Shown here: in pieces, positions 1 to 11,194 of the stretch
Layout of the letters: the number at the start of each line of letters is the position of its first letter
Position numbering within the stretch: position 1 is the stretch's first letter
Source: Caecitellus pseudoparvulus
Taxonomy: Eukaryota; Protista; Bigyra: Bicosoecida
Assembly: GCA_965644315.1 (NCBI GenBank)
Contig: CBFFRQ010000031.1
Span: 310,001 to 374,000 of the forward strand
DNA: 64,000 nucleotides
Direction: 5' to 3'
The notes under the pieces: generated by a model
Database searches by the model: none
What the model saw: the letters and a program-made list of their open reading frames with translations, nothing else
Told to the model about the DNA's origin: nothing
Made by a program: the position numbers and the translations under genes

Positions 1-1415
1 CCCTTGCGGCTGAATCAGGCGTGAAGCGCGCCACAGGGGCTTCCAAGCAGCCGCTGGGGTACGAGGAGACGGCCTTTTTCAAGCAGTTCGTGGCCCAGTA
101 CGACGACGACTTGCTCGGGTACGGGCAGAGCGACGAGGAAGATGGGTGGGCTGAGGAGGGCGTGGACAATGCCATGGCTGAAGACGAGCGCTTCCTGAGC
201 ATCGAGCAGCTGGCCGCCAAGTACGGCATGGACATGGCCGAGGAGGGCGAGGAAGAGGAAGAGGGTGAGGAGGAGGAGGGCGGGGAGGGCGAGGGCGGGG
301 AGAGTGTGGATGGCCGTGGCATGGGCAGTGCGCCAGAAGTGGGGGATGTCGTGCCGGGCTACGGCAAGCTTCTGCAGCCCAGCATGAACAGCTCCACAAT
401 GTCAGGCGCGCACGCCCTGCTGAACGCGGCGCTGGATGACTACGGCAGGCAGCGTGTGACTGTGGAAGAGCTGTTTGCCGATGCGTACACGGGCCACACG
501 GCGCAGGATATGGCGCGCCTGGCGCGAAAGGCAGCCAAGGCGGCCAAGGAAGAGGCCAGCGACGAAGAGGAGGAGGAAGGGGGGAGCAGTGGCAGCGACG
601 GTGAGGAGGAGGAGGGCAGCGGCAGCGAGAGTGACAGCGAGGAGGAGGAGGAGGGCGAGGAGGAGGGAGACGTGGTGACGGCGCTGGGCGGCGAGCGCAT
701 CGTTCCCTTCGGCTTTGGCGCTGGGGACCTGGAGAAAAGCGACGAGCAGCACGAGAAGGAGCTTTCGCAGCTGCTGCAGCGCAAGCCCCGCTCCAAGTGG
801 GACGTGGAGACCGTGCTGAGCACGTACAGCACCACGGACAACCACCCCCACAAGCTGGGCGGGCGCTCGTCAGACAGCGTCATGACCGGCTCCCGTCGTC
901 GACGCGGCCCAGGCTCAGTGGCCTCATCGGCCTCCCAAGGTGGGCCCACACCCACCTTGCTGGCTGGCACTTCCCGAGGCAGAGCCGGGGCTGCCGTGGC
1001 TGACGCACCTGTTGCAGAGCCCGCCCCCGCACCAGTGCCGCCTTCCGAGTCAGCTGCGTTCGCCATCAAGTTGCCGGCCTTCGAGCCCATGTCAAGCTCA
1101 GCTGGTGGCCGCGGTGCTGAGCATGACGGCTCCGAGGCGGGCGGGGGCGACGCAGACAGTGACGATGGCAGTGTGGACAGTGCCGGCGATGCAGGCACCT
1201 TCGCGTCCTCCATGGTGTCCAGGCGTGGCGAGACGCCCGACGAACGCAAGGCACGCAAGGCAGCTGTGCGGGCAGTGCGCAGGGCCCGACGGGCGCACAA
1301 GGCCGCCATGAAGGCTGCTTTCAAGGAGCAGGAAGCGGCCCTGAAGGCCGCCAAGGTGTCAGCAGCCAAGGGCGCGGCCTCTGCAGAAGGCCACTCTGTT
1401 TTCCGCATTGCCTGA
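1..1415 (+). CDS. LTV1: Pre-40S assembly factor LTV1 (5' end lies outside the window)
   Basis: Acidic protein with KWDVETVLSTYSTTDNHP and C-terminal GETPDERKARKAAVR...HKAAMKAAFKEQ motifs typical of Ltv1; frame is open to the window start. Confidence 0.85.
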   Translation, partial: LAAESGVKRATGASKQPLGYEETAFFKQFVAQYDDDLLGYGQSDEEDGWAEEGVDNAMAEDERFLSIEQLAAKYGMDMAEEGEEEEEGEEEEGGEGEGGESVDGRGMGSAPEVGDVVPGYGKLLQPSMNSSTMSGAHALLNAALDDYGRQRVTVEELFADAYTGHTAQDMARLARKAAKAAKEEASDEEEEEGGSSGSDGEEEEGSGSESDSEEEEEGEEEGDVVTALGGERIVPFGFGAGDLEKSDEQHEKELSQLLQRKPRSKWDVETVLSTYSTTDNHPHKLGGRSSDSVMTGSRRRRGPGSVASSASQGGPTPTLLAGTSRGRAGAAVADAPVAEPAPAPVPPSESAAFAIKLPAFEPMSSSAGGRGAEHDGSEAGGGDADSDDGSVDSAGDAGTFASSMVSRRGETPDERKARKAAVRAVRRARRAHKAAMKAAFKEQEAALKAAKVSAAKGAASAEGHSVFRIA

Positions 1416-1432
1416 CGTGCGGCGGTGAGCTG

Positions 1433-1442
1433 CAATGCATTG
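1433..1442. terminator. Candidate bidirectional 3'-end signal CAATGCATTG
   Basis: Perfect palindrome centred in the 48-bp gap between convergent LTV1 and alpha-galactosidase. Confidence 0.5.
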
Positions 1443-1463
1443 TCGCCAGCACGCGCTGGGCTG

Positions 1464-3533
1464 TCACTGCGGGGTCAGGCGCAGTGCCACAACCCCGTGG
1501 CCGGGCGTGAGGGCAGTGAACGTGTCGCGGAAGGTGCCCACATCGCGGTGGGCCCACAGGTCTCGCACGTTGACGCTTTGCCCGGAGGTGAATCCGGCGT
1601 CCTGCATGTTCAAGGTGATGTTGGCGTCCTGCAGGGCAACGTTGTACAGGACAACGCCCACACTGCCATCAGCGAGGGGCGCCGCCCACACACTCCGCTC
1701 CGCAGTGGGCACGTCTTGGAACACGGTCAAGCACTGCTCTGCATCATCTGCTGGGTGCAAAGCACCGGCGGTCGCGTCCCACTTCCACACCTGCCCAGGT
1801 GTGCTGGAGGAGCAGGGCAACGTCACTGCGTTGCGCACGCCCAGCGTGGAGGTGGTGGCGATGTCCACCGCTGTCAGGCACTGGCCATTGTTGCCGGCCG
1901 TCACATGCCCAGTGGTGGGGTCATACTTCCACTCTGTCTGCTTGCCGTCGCAGGTGGCAGAGGCCGAGTCGTCCGCTTCGTTTCCGTGCCCATCGCACGG
2001 CCCCACGGACACGTTGTCCCCCCACGTGTACTTGGCGCAGTGGTCCACCGACAGGCACTGCTGGTTCAGAGCGCTGACGATGTGGCCTGTAGCGTCCATG
2101 GTCCAGGCTTGTGCAGCTGGGGTCCCGCCCTGCACCAGGCCCGCGCTGCGCACCCTTCGCCCATGCGTTCGCTGGAACCAGGTCTTGCCCCAGGCCGGTC
2201 CAGCCTGTGCTCCTCCGCGCAAGGCAGGGGAGTCGGCGCCAGCACAAGCCGTCACGATGGTGTTGCTGCTGTCCAAGTAGCCATCCACACGCCCCGTCTG
2301 CATGGACAGCTGCCCTCCCGCGCCATCCCCAGACACTGGCGTCATGAAAGTGCCAGAGGAGGCGACACGGTGCCCAGCCACCCCCAGCGCATCCTGGTTC
2401 AGCGCAATGACCTCGGTGTTGTTCAGTATGGACAGGGTGTCCTCTGACATGTCGTTCAAGTCGCAGCCAATGAGGAGCGGCGCCTTGATCAGCGCCCACA
2501 ACGAGAAGTGCGCCACGTACTCTCCGTGCTTCATGCCGCCGTTGCCCACCTCCAGCATGTCGGGGTCGTTCCAGCCGCCTGGGCCTGCAAACAGGTAGCT
2601 GGGCTCTGTCAGCTCCAGGTTGAACATCATGCTGAGCCAGAAATCCTTGATGTCGGGGGTAGTGCGCCAGCTGTTCCCAACCCCTGGTGCCCAGAAGGCC
2701 GGCTGGTCCACTCCCCACTCACACATGGAGAAGAGGATGCTGCGCCCACTGGAGTTCAGGGCGTCCCGCATGGGTGGGTACCGCACCCGGGGTGGAATGC
2801 CTTCGTTGTTGCAGTTGTCGTACTTGAGGTAGTCCACTCCCCACGCGGCATAGGAGGCGGCATCCTTGGACTCGTAGCCCAGCGAGCCAGGCCGCCCAGC
2901 GCAGGTCTTGGAGCCGGCGTCGGAGTACAAGCCGAACTTCAGGCCGCGGGAATGGGCGTAGGCAGCCAAGTTGCCCATGCCAGAAGGGAATGTGCTCGCA
3001 TCTGCCTGGACGTAGCCAGTCGCATTGCGGCTTTCGGCCCAGCAGTCATCCACGTTCTGTGACCCGCACGTGGAAGCCTGGGTGACGGCCAAGGCGCAAG
3101 CCACGCGGGCACAAGCTTGCATACCAAGTAGTTGTAGCCGACAGCGGCAAGTCCAGATGCCACCAGGGCGTCGGCAGCTCCCTCCATGACGGTCTGTGCA
3201 GCAGCGATTTGGCGGGGTGTGCTGTGAGCCATCGCTTTCTACCAGGGGCGAGAAAAGGTGAGGAAGGTGGACAGGAAGCAGTGTTGTGATGCACTGCATG
3301 CACGCCACCTCCGAGACTACGCACCTGGTTTACGTCGCACGCGAAGTGGTTCCATGACTGCGGCCACAAACGTCGAGGGGACTCGTTCGCAGGGGCAGTG
3401 CACTTGCAGGCATGGCAGCCATGCTCACGTTGAAGCCCATCTGTGGCGTTCGAGCCAAGCCATTGTCCAAAGCGAGGGAGCAGGTGGAAAACAATGCCGC
3501 CAGGGTCGCCAGTACATGGGCCACGTGCCGCAT
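1464..3533 (-). CDS. Secreted GH27 alpha-galactosidase with inserted ricin-B lectin domain (4 exons)
   Basis: Signal peptide, then LDNGLARTPQMGFN|SWNHF, NVDDCW, GVDYLKYDNC, WNDPDMLEVGNGG; three GT-AG introns in the 5' part (first 3428-3358); QxW-type repeats at about 2340-1715. Confidence 0.92.
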
Positions 3534-3865
3534 GGCTGCCCGAGAGCCTCGCTGAGCGGTTGGCTTGCAAAGGGTGCGATGGAAGCCCAGTCGTGAGTGA
3601 ATGAGGGCTCAGGGCCAGGTTCACAGCGCGCGAGAAGCCGGCAGGCCGACAAGTCGGTTGTATGGCTTCGTTGTCCTGCGATGTGGATTTGTACGCGGGC
3701 GCCTGGCCGCAGGGCAAGGCAGCTCCCACCGAGCAACACCTCAAACATGGCTTGGTGCGGCGCCTCACGGGCCAGCGCCCCAGCGTAGCAAAACTCCCTC
3801 CCCCAGTGCAATGACGACTACCCGCACAGAGTGTCCCTGTGTCTGCTCCGCTCTCAGCCGTCACC

Positions 3866-4942
3866 ATGGCAGCCGAGACCACCTCCACGCCCGCGGCGCC
3901 TGCCGCCGCTGCCGCTCCAGTGCCACCTCCTGGGCCAGAGTACGCTGTCACTGACGCTGTGCGTGCCCTGCTGGACGTCGGGCTGCCGCACTGCAGGGCG
4001 GAACCTGCCCTCTCTGTATGCACAGATGGTGTCAGCTGCCTTTGCGGGCCTCAAGAAGCGCGCGCAGACTTCCCGGGAGCTCATCACGACTTGTACGGCG
4101 GGCGCCTCGTTCCCAGCGCTCCAGCTTTTGTCATCCCGCTCACTTGTGCACGTGCGCAGTGGCTGACAAGGCGGCAGAGAAGGACCTCTTTTGGCCAGAA
4201 GACACCAAAGATGGCGAGGAGGACCCCACATACGAGGCGGTGCGTGTGCAGGGCGCTGCGTGGGCGGTGCCTGGCGTTTCGTCTGCGTTCGGGCACACTG
4301 CTGCTCGCCGCGGTGTGGCTTGCCGGCCAGCACAGCCACCTGCCCGCCCACACACCGCGCACAGATGTTGGATCGTCTGTACGAGAAGCTGAACGAGTTC
4401 AACCCGGAGCTCGCCACGCGCACAAAGAAGCAGCTGAAGCCGCCTGAGGTGTCCTCCATCGGCTCCACGCGAACGGCATGGACAAACTTCCAGGCCTGCT
4501 GTGAAGAGTACGTGTCACTTCGGGCTAGAACTGAGACCACGGCTGGCAGTGCGGCTCGGGCTGGTCTACACGAGGTGCCCATGCACACCTTGACTCACCA
4601 CCCCCCCTTCACAGTATGGGCCGCTCCCTGCAGCATGTGAGCCAGTTCTTCCTGGCAGAGCTGAACACCACCGGCGACACCGACGGGCAGAACAGGCTGG
4701 TGCTGCGTGGGCGCTACAAGCCGCGCATGTTTGAGTCCCTGATGGCCAAGTACATCATGGAGTACGTCAAGTGTGAGATGTGCTCCTCCCTGAACACTGA
4801 GCTGACAAGGGACGCCCTCACCCGCCTGTACTTCATGTCCTGCCACGTCTGCGGCTCCCGCCGTTCTGTGGCCAACATCCAGTCGTTCTACCACGCTGTG
4901 GGCCGTGGCGACCGCCGCAAGGAGCGCAACAAGGCCAGCTAG
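3866..4942 (+). CDS. EIF2S2: Translation initiation factor eIF2 beta (5 exons, 236 aa)
   Basis: Introns 3959-4025, 4093-4159, 4240-4364 and 4508-4614 give a continuous frame; TYEAMLDRLY, FFLAELNTTG, zinc ribbon CEMC...CHVCGSRRSV. Confidence 0.9.
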
Positions 4943-5127
4943 GTGTTGCCGTGTCAATGCAAACATGCCACCCACCTGCATGCCGCTGCCCCTGCCGCCT
5001 CTGGTGACGTCGCCATTTTCCAGACACCAACCACACTCAAACACATCTCTGTGCTCATGTCCACAAGGGACTGGCGCGCACCTGCGCCAGAGGCAGGCAG
5101 GTGGGGCCGGCAACATCTGGGAGTTTC

Positions 5128-8100
5128 ATGAGCGAAACGCCGGAGGGTCCAAGCGAATCCACGCCTGGCGACCCATGGAGCGGCCTCACGCAGGTTCAGC
5201 GCTGGAGTATATCAGTGGGGTGCTTTTCCCTCGCCTGTGATGAGGATGGTGCTCAGAAAGCTGCTGCCTCCATGCTGGCAGCGGCAGCTGCCAGCAGCGA
5301 CGCTGTGTTGGCTCTGCAGCAAGGCATGCTGATGTCCCCCTCCTGCATCAAGGCGCTACTGCTGTGCACGCCCGAAGTGCAAGGGGGTGGAACCTTTCCT
5401 GTTGCGTGGGCAGCTGCACTGGGGCTGTCAAGAGGAGCGGGCTTCGCGGCCGAGCAGGCAGCGCTGCAGAGTCTCGTCGCGGCTCAAGCCCTGGGTACTG
5501 CCCTTGCTGGCCTGCCCCACGCCTTGGTGCAGGACGGCCTGCCCCATGCATGCAGTGCATTGGCTCTGCAAGCCTTGGTTGCCGCGCTGGTGCTGTCTGT
5601 GCTGCAGGGCGGTGACAGCAGGGGGACGCAGGCAGCGGCAGCGGAACAGGTGGCCACAGCTGTCGCCGCGCTCAGCGGGGACTGCCGCGCCCTGCTGGCC
5701 ACACACCTGTTGTCAGTCAGTGAAGCCCTTCGAGAGGCAGCTGAGCTGAAGGGGCCGTGGAGCAATGCCCTGAGCACCGCCGCCGGCGGCCCGCCCTCCC
5801 AGCACACCCTGGCCAACGCCGTGCGCCAGGCGGGGCGGCACCTGCTGCAGGCCCGTCTGCCTGCTCTGCACCCCGCATCCAGCACACTGCACCCTCCCAA
5901 GCACTTCGCCCGGGATGCCATGGCCGTTATGCTGTCGCAGGGGTGGCGTATTGACACGCCGACCCCTCAGTCCGGCGCAGCAGGCTTGACTGCCAGCAGC
6001 CTTGCCAGCTCTCCGGAGATGCCACACAGCTTGGACACCAGTGCCAGTGTGCCGGATGAAGAGCTGCTTGCGCTGGCCTGGGCAGCGCTGCAGGCCCCCG
6101 TGAGGCTTGGAGGCGGGGCACTGGCTGCGCTGCAACGGGCGAGCGGCGTCGCAAGTTCGCACTGTGTGGACATGCCCCGTTCTGCGCGGGAGCTGTACCT
6201 CCTGCTCTTGGCCAGTACAAATGCCGGGCATGCCAGCTTCAGCTTGGCCCTGCCGCCCCTGGGAAGCCGCCCTTCCCCCGTGACTGTGCAAGTGGGCGGT
6301 GGCCTGTCGGAGCATGCGCTGTCCGAGTGGCTGTGCGAAGCGGCTGACATGCGCACAGGCCAGTGGTGTGGCGTGTCCACAGACTGCCTGCAGCAGGTGC
6401 TGGTGGGCACGCTTGCTCTCGTCACAGCGGTGGCCTGTACGGGGGCGGGTGCCCACCAGCTCCCCCACCTGCTGCTGGTCACCCACGTGTCTGCCTGCCA
6501 CCTCGCCTGGCGCCATGAGACTGGGCAGGCCCTGGCCACCGCTGCCATCCCAGTACAGGCGAGGGACGCACGCGCGCCCAGTGCTGCGCCCCCCACACCC
6601 CTGCAGGCTGCCCTTGCCCCCACGGTCATTGGCGGCTCTGCTGCGCGGGCCGAGGCGACGGCGGCACGCCGCAAGCGCCGGTTGCAACAGCGCGCACGGT
6701 CAATGATTGGCGGCAAACGGCTGCCACCCACCTCCCCTGAGCCACAGCTGGCCGCTGCATCTCCCCCCACACCACCTCCCGCCACACCCTCCGCGGCACC
6801 TGCTTCGCCCACACCCACGTACACTGCCTCCTTTGCCACGGCAGAGGCACTCGCCTGTGCATCCTTCGCCATGGCGTGGCTGCACGGGTGTGGGAACCGA
6901 CTGCCTGAGGAGGCACTGCAGCAGACTCTTCAGGCCGCCCTGGGCGAGGCCGTGCCAGGCGCTGCCTTGCTGCATGGCATGCTGCTCCTGCACCAACGCG
7001 TGGTGGGGTCCACCTTGCCCACAGCCACCACCCTGCCGGTTTTGCTTCCCTCCCTCGTGGATGCAGGCGGGGTGGCGCTGGCGCCCGAGGCCGCCGAAGC
7101 AGACGCCCAGCTCCTCCCGCTCCCCGCCTGTGCGCCTTGTGCTGCCGCTGCCGCCAGGCATGCCTTTGCCGCCTGTGTGCAGTGTCTGTGCTGCATTGTG
7201 CAGGCGGAGGCCTCTGCTGCGCTGGCTGCAGTGGAGACGCGCAACCGTGTGCGAGCGGCTGCAGCACAGGCCTCCTACGCCCATGGGCGCTACAAGGAGC
7301 TCCTGCAGTCTGAGCGACGGGAGGCGGTGGAGGCGGCCGCCTTTGCTCTAAAACAAGGCACGCAGGGGCTGGCCTGGACGCCCCAAACTGTCGTCGTGGG
7401 CACGCCCACCGTGGACGGGCTGCACAAGACTGACGCCCCTGCCGCCCAGGCAGCACAGGCGCCGGAAGAGACCGAGTCCGACGTACTCATTGCGGAGCGA
7501 GGGCTGTTGGCGGGCACGCTGCACGCCACGCTCGGGCTCGCAGCTGCCGTCCTGGCAGCCGTGGCCCCTGGCCTGACCGAGGAGCAGGCTGCCGCAGCGG
7601 TGCAGGGCGTGTCGCACTCCCTGGCGTGGGAAGTGTGGGTGGACACCCTCATGCGTGTGCAAGATGTCGTGACACTGCGGGTGCTCGTCGCTGCGCTGGC
7701 AGGCCTGCTGGCCGCCGTCCCAGGCACAGGCCCCGTCGCCGCTTGGCTGCAGCAGTCCCTCTGCCTCGTGTGCTGCCACGCGCTGCCCACTGCCCTCTCC
7801 CCCGCCCTCCCAGAGCAAGTGGGCGTGCTCACCTCGCCGGAAGGCACCTTGAGCCTCGTGAACACTGGCGTGCAGGGGAGCCTTCCCTCCGTCGTGGCGG
7901 CGTTGGGGCTGACCATGCCCGGCGTTCCACGCCCAGTGCAAGCCGCCGACGTGCCCGTGTGGGCCCACGGCGTGCGAGGTGTGCGCGCACCAGCGGAGAC
8001 CTTGATCAACACGCAGCCTCGGCCTGGGCCTGCAAACGCCTGGGCTGTGTGGGAGGCAGCCATGCCAGACCTGGTGCTGCCGCACGTGGCTTCGCTGACC

Positions 8101-9726
8101 AGCACCGGGCAAGCGACATGTGCGGCTGCGCTGGAGGCAGCCAAGTGCCCACCGACCACCCTGCAGCCAGCACTGCGCACGCCCATGCTGGGCTCCGCCA
8201 GCGCCGCCCCAGTCCCGGAAACGGGGGACTTCGCAGCTGTGCGGCAAGTGTTGACGGCACTTGGGCGGCAAGGCAGGGGCGTGACGGCTGCGAGGCTGGT
8301 GCTGGCCCTGGCCTCAGCTGCTGTGCGCTTGCACGCCCCTGCCGTGTGGGCCGCAGTGACTCCGCGCCTGGAGGAGGCTGAGGACAGCGATGGGGCCGAC
8401 CCGTCTCCGGGGGAGCCTGATGGCGGTGGTTCTGACCCCGACTGGCAGGACGCCGTGCAGTCCCCAGCCAAGGCCCGGCGAGTGCTGGCTGCTTCGACTT
8501 CCCCCCGCAGGTCGCCGGGGGCCTCTGGGTCAGGCTCAGACTCGGACTCAGAGTCAGTGGGTGGTGATGGCAGGTCGTGGCAGGGCGTGTCCCCAGCACC
8601 AGACGCTGACACGCTTCCTTCCGAACACCCCAGCTTGCGCATCGTCTCCGTCGCCTCCTCCTCCCACCTCATGCTGCTACTGCTGGACTGTGTCCTGGAT
8701 CTGGCCAGTGCCGGCTGTCCAGGGAAGGATGCGGAGTGTGGCGGCCTGGATGAGGCCATCGTTGCGGCAGTTCTGGGCATGCACCCCCGGGCACCGGCCG
8801 TGCTGAGTGCGCTGGCCCTGCTCAGCTTGGGTGACCTGGACAGCTCTTTGCAGGACGCGCCTTATATCTGGGAGGGCGTGCAGCACACGGCATGGCAGGC
8901 TCCCCTGCCGTGGTGCCGGCTGCTGGCGCTGCTGCTGTCCGGGATCCAGCTGCTGCTGCTGGATGGCAGAGTGGAGTGGGAGGCAGCACAGCAGCACCAG
9001 CTGTCGGTGCAGGCATCAAAGGCGCTACAGCTGGAGACCAAGGGTGGTGTGCAAGCAGCAGTAAGGGGTGTGCGGGAGGCTGCCGTGGCAAGTCTGGGGG
9101 CCTCCTGTCCCCTGGCCAGGGCTCTGCCCACTCTGCAACGCCCGCCCGGCATCTCGGATGCACACCCGGCAGGTTCGTGGCAAGAGCTGGCCCTGCAACC
9201 CACGTACAGCCTCGGAGTGGACGGCACGCAAGCGCCCGTGCCTGGTGTGCTGGCCTTGCAGCCGGTGCTGGATGGCGGCTTCCTCATCACCCACGCCGCC
9301 AGCCCACCCGACCTAGCTGTCCTGCAGCACTGTCTGCCTGCGCCCCACGTGCCTGCCATGCCCAGCCGCCTGCCAGCTCGACTGGCATCAGGCGACCCTG
9401 TGCCTGCTGCGTTCGCGGTGCGCCATGGAGGCATCCCGCGGCAGCTGGCGGGGCAGGGGCGTGTGGCACACTGTGGCAGGTGGCGCCATCTGCTGCTGTG
9501 GCCCGGCGGCGGCGAGGGGGACAGGTACCAGCGCCTGCTACGAGCAGGGCTGGGCGTGCAAGAAGACGGACTTGCCGAGGCGAGGGCGGTGTGTGCGGGG
9601 GCCCTGGCCCACGCCCCCACCGCTGGCATGGGTGCAGGCATGTGGGGCATGCAGCTGACGTGCTTGGGGGATGTGTTGGTGTGGCTGCATGGCAGCGCCG
9701 GCGCGCCCGCCGGCGGGTGTGAATGA
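5128..9726 (+). CDS. Large Ala/Leu-rich hypothetical protein (about 1530 aa, probably helical)
   Basis: Long uninterrupted ORF; basic RRKRR patch; no family recognised. Confidence 0.65.
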   Translation: MSETPEGPSESTPGDPWSGLTQVQRWSISVGCFSLACDEDGAQKAAASMLAAAAASSDAVLALQQGMLMSPSCIKALLLCTPEVQGGGTFPVAWAAALGLSRGAGFAAEQAALQSLVAAQALGTALAGLPHALVQDGLPHACSALALQALVAALVLSVLQGGDSRGTQAAAAEQVATAVAALSGDCRALLATHLLSVSEALREAAELKGPWSNALSTAAGGPPSQHTLANAVRQAGRHLLQARLPALHPASSTLHPPKHFARDAMAVMLSQGWRIDTPTPQSGAAGLTASSLASSPEMPHSLDTSASVPDEELLALAWAALQAPVRLGGGALAALQRASGVASSHCVDMPRSARELYLLLLASTNAGHASFSLALPPLGSRPSPVTVQVGGGLSEHALSEWLCEAADMRTGQWCGVSTDCLQQVLVGTLALVTAVACTGAGAHQLPHLLLVTHVSACHLAWRHETGQALATAAIPVQARDARAPSAAPPTPLQAALAPTVIGGSAARAEATAARRKRRLQQRARSMIGGKRLPPTSPEPQLAAASPPTPPPATPSAAPASPTPTYTASFATAEALACASFAMAWLHGCGNRLPEEALQQTLQAALGEAVPGAALLHGMLLLHQRVVGSTLPTATTLPVLLPSLVDAGGVALAPEAAEADAQLLPLPACAPCAAAAARHAFAACVQCLCCIVQAEASAALAAVETRNRVRAAAAQASYAHGRYKELLQSERREAVEAAAFALKQGTQGLAWTPQTVVVGTPTVDGLHKTDAPAAQAAQAPEETESDVLIAERGLLAGTLHATLGLAAAVLAAVAPGLTEEQAAAAVQGVSHSLAWEVWVDTLMRVQDVVTLRVLVAALAGLLAAVPGTGPVAAWLQQSLCLVCCHALPTALSPALPEQVGVLTSPEGTLSLVNTGVQGSLPSVVAALGLTMPGVPRPVQAADVPVWAHGVRGVRAPAETLINTQPRPGPANAWAVWEAAMPDLVLPHVASLTSTGQATCAAALEAAKCPPTTLQPALRTPMLGSASAAPVPETGDFAAVRQVLTALGRQGRGVTAARLVLALASAAVRLHAPAVWAAVTPRLEEAEDSDGADPSPGEPDGGGSDPDWQDAVQSPAKARRVLAASTSPRRSPGASGSGSDSDSESVGGDGRSWQGVSPAPDADTLPSEHPSLRIVSVASSSHLMLLLLDCVLDLASAGCPGKDAECGGLDEAIVAAVLGMHPRAPAVLSALALLSLGDLDSSLQDAPYIWEGVQHTAWQAPLPWCRLLALLLSGIQLLLLDGRVEWEAAQQHQLSVQASKALQLETKGGVQAAVRGVREAAVASLGASCPLARALPTLQRPPGISDAHPAGSWQELALQPTYSLGVDGTQAPVPGVLALQPVLDGGFLITHAASPPDLAVLQHCLPAPHVPAMPSRLPARLASGDPVPAAFAVRHGGIPRQLAGQGRVAHCGRWRHLLLWPGGGEGDRYQRLLRAGLGVQEDGLAEARAVCAGALAHAPTAGMGAGMWGMQLTCLGDVLVWLHGSAGAPAGGCE

Positions 9727-9778
9727 ACGGTACATTGTTACATCCCAACCTTGCCAGGCCGCCGAGCTCACGCGGGCC

Positions 9779-11034
9779 TCAGAAGTACGCCACGATGACG
9801 GTGGTGTCGTCGATGACCTGCTCCTCCTTCATCCACCGCTCGCCCGACTCGGACACCAGGATGTCCACAGCCTTCTTGGGGTCAGTGATGCCTTCAATCA
9901 TGTCCAGAGCTTCCTGGTTGCTGATGAACTCCCACAGGCCGTCTGAGCCCATGATGAGGGTCTGCGTGGGCAGCGGGGAGGGCGGAGGGTGCAGGCGGAG
10001 CAGTCGCTGCGACTCGCTGAGCATGCTTGACAGGGGCGGGGCTCACCTTCACGTTGGGCCCCACCTCTGCCTCTGTCAGCTCGGGCTCGGAAATGACGCC
10101 TGCTGTATGGGCGACGCTATCGCCCAGGCTGCGCGACATGGCCAGGCCTGGGATGTCCATGTGCCCCAGCCACACTCGGGGAGGGCCGTCCACGCCGTCG
10201 TCGTACTCGACGGCAAACACACGCCCGCCGCAGCTCTCAATGCGTTTCTGCTCGTCTGGGCGGTCAGGCTTGTGGTCCAGGGACACCTCGATGGCCTTCG
10301 TGCCGCCAGTGGTCTTTTCCCCCAGGATGACACGGCTGTCTCCGATGTTCGCCACTGCAAGCTTGTTGCCTCGCAGCACGCCCATCACCGCCGTCGTCCC
10401 GCTAAACTCAGTGTCAATGGAGGTGTCTGCGAGAGTGGTGCAGGGGGGTGGTCATGTGTCCAGTTCTCCCTCGCGCGCAGCGCCCAGCGCGGCGGGTGCC
10501 GCAGGCGGAGCAGCATGGTGTGGTGCAATGAAACGCTGGCGGCCCTGCACTTCCGTTCGCCACGCCGGCGCACACGGGCGGGGAGCAGGCGCACGCACCG
10601 CTCAACAGGGCAGCCTCCAGCTTGGCAGTTTCCTCTGACAGGGCAGCGAGGGGGTCGGTGGCCCACTTCTTGTGCGCAAAGACGCGGTCAGGGATGCGGT
10701 CGGTGAGGTAGTGAGACACAAGGTCCCCGGCCTCGCCGTGGCCGTCCAGGACGCCAAACAGCAGCGAGCCAGTGGCAGGGTCTTCAACCATCATGATGCT
10801 GTCCTGGTTGCGCTTGCGCGGGTTGTACGGCGCGTAGCCCTTCTTGCTCAGGCCAGCGTAGCTCTTGACGACATGCTTGGCGGTCTTTGACGTGATCTCC
10901 TCGGTGCCTGCCTCGCCCATGGAGGCCAGCCCCTCAATGAGCTTGTTGTCTGAGACGACGGACAGACGGCGACGAGTGCCACGCAGGCCGTCTGAGGACT
11001 CGGTGGGCTCCTTGCTCCCTGCCTGGGCAGCCAT
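9779..11034 (-). CDS. PP2C (PPM) Ser/Thr phosphatase (3 exons)
   Basis: NQDS, GVLDGHG, SGTT, ANIGDSR, DHKPD, GLAMSRSLGD, GSDGLWE and DDTTV motifs, joined by two GT-AG introns. Confidence 0.93.
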
Positions 11035-11194
11035 GCTGGGTTGGTTGGTGCAAGTGGTGCGGTGGCAAGCGGGCACGCCGCTGCTGGTGCAAGCAACTCG
11101 AGACGAGGCTATGCATGCAGGGAGGTGGGAGGTGGTGGGTTTATGTGTGGTCGTGTTTTGCGTTGCGTGCGTTTGTGCTGACTGCGTGGCCCCG

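Noticed and set aside
230-670. GAG-rich simple repeats
   Set aside because: They encode the poly-Glu tracts of LTV1
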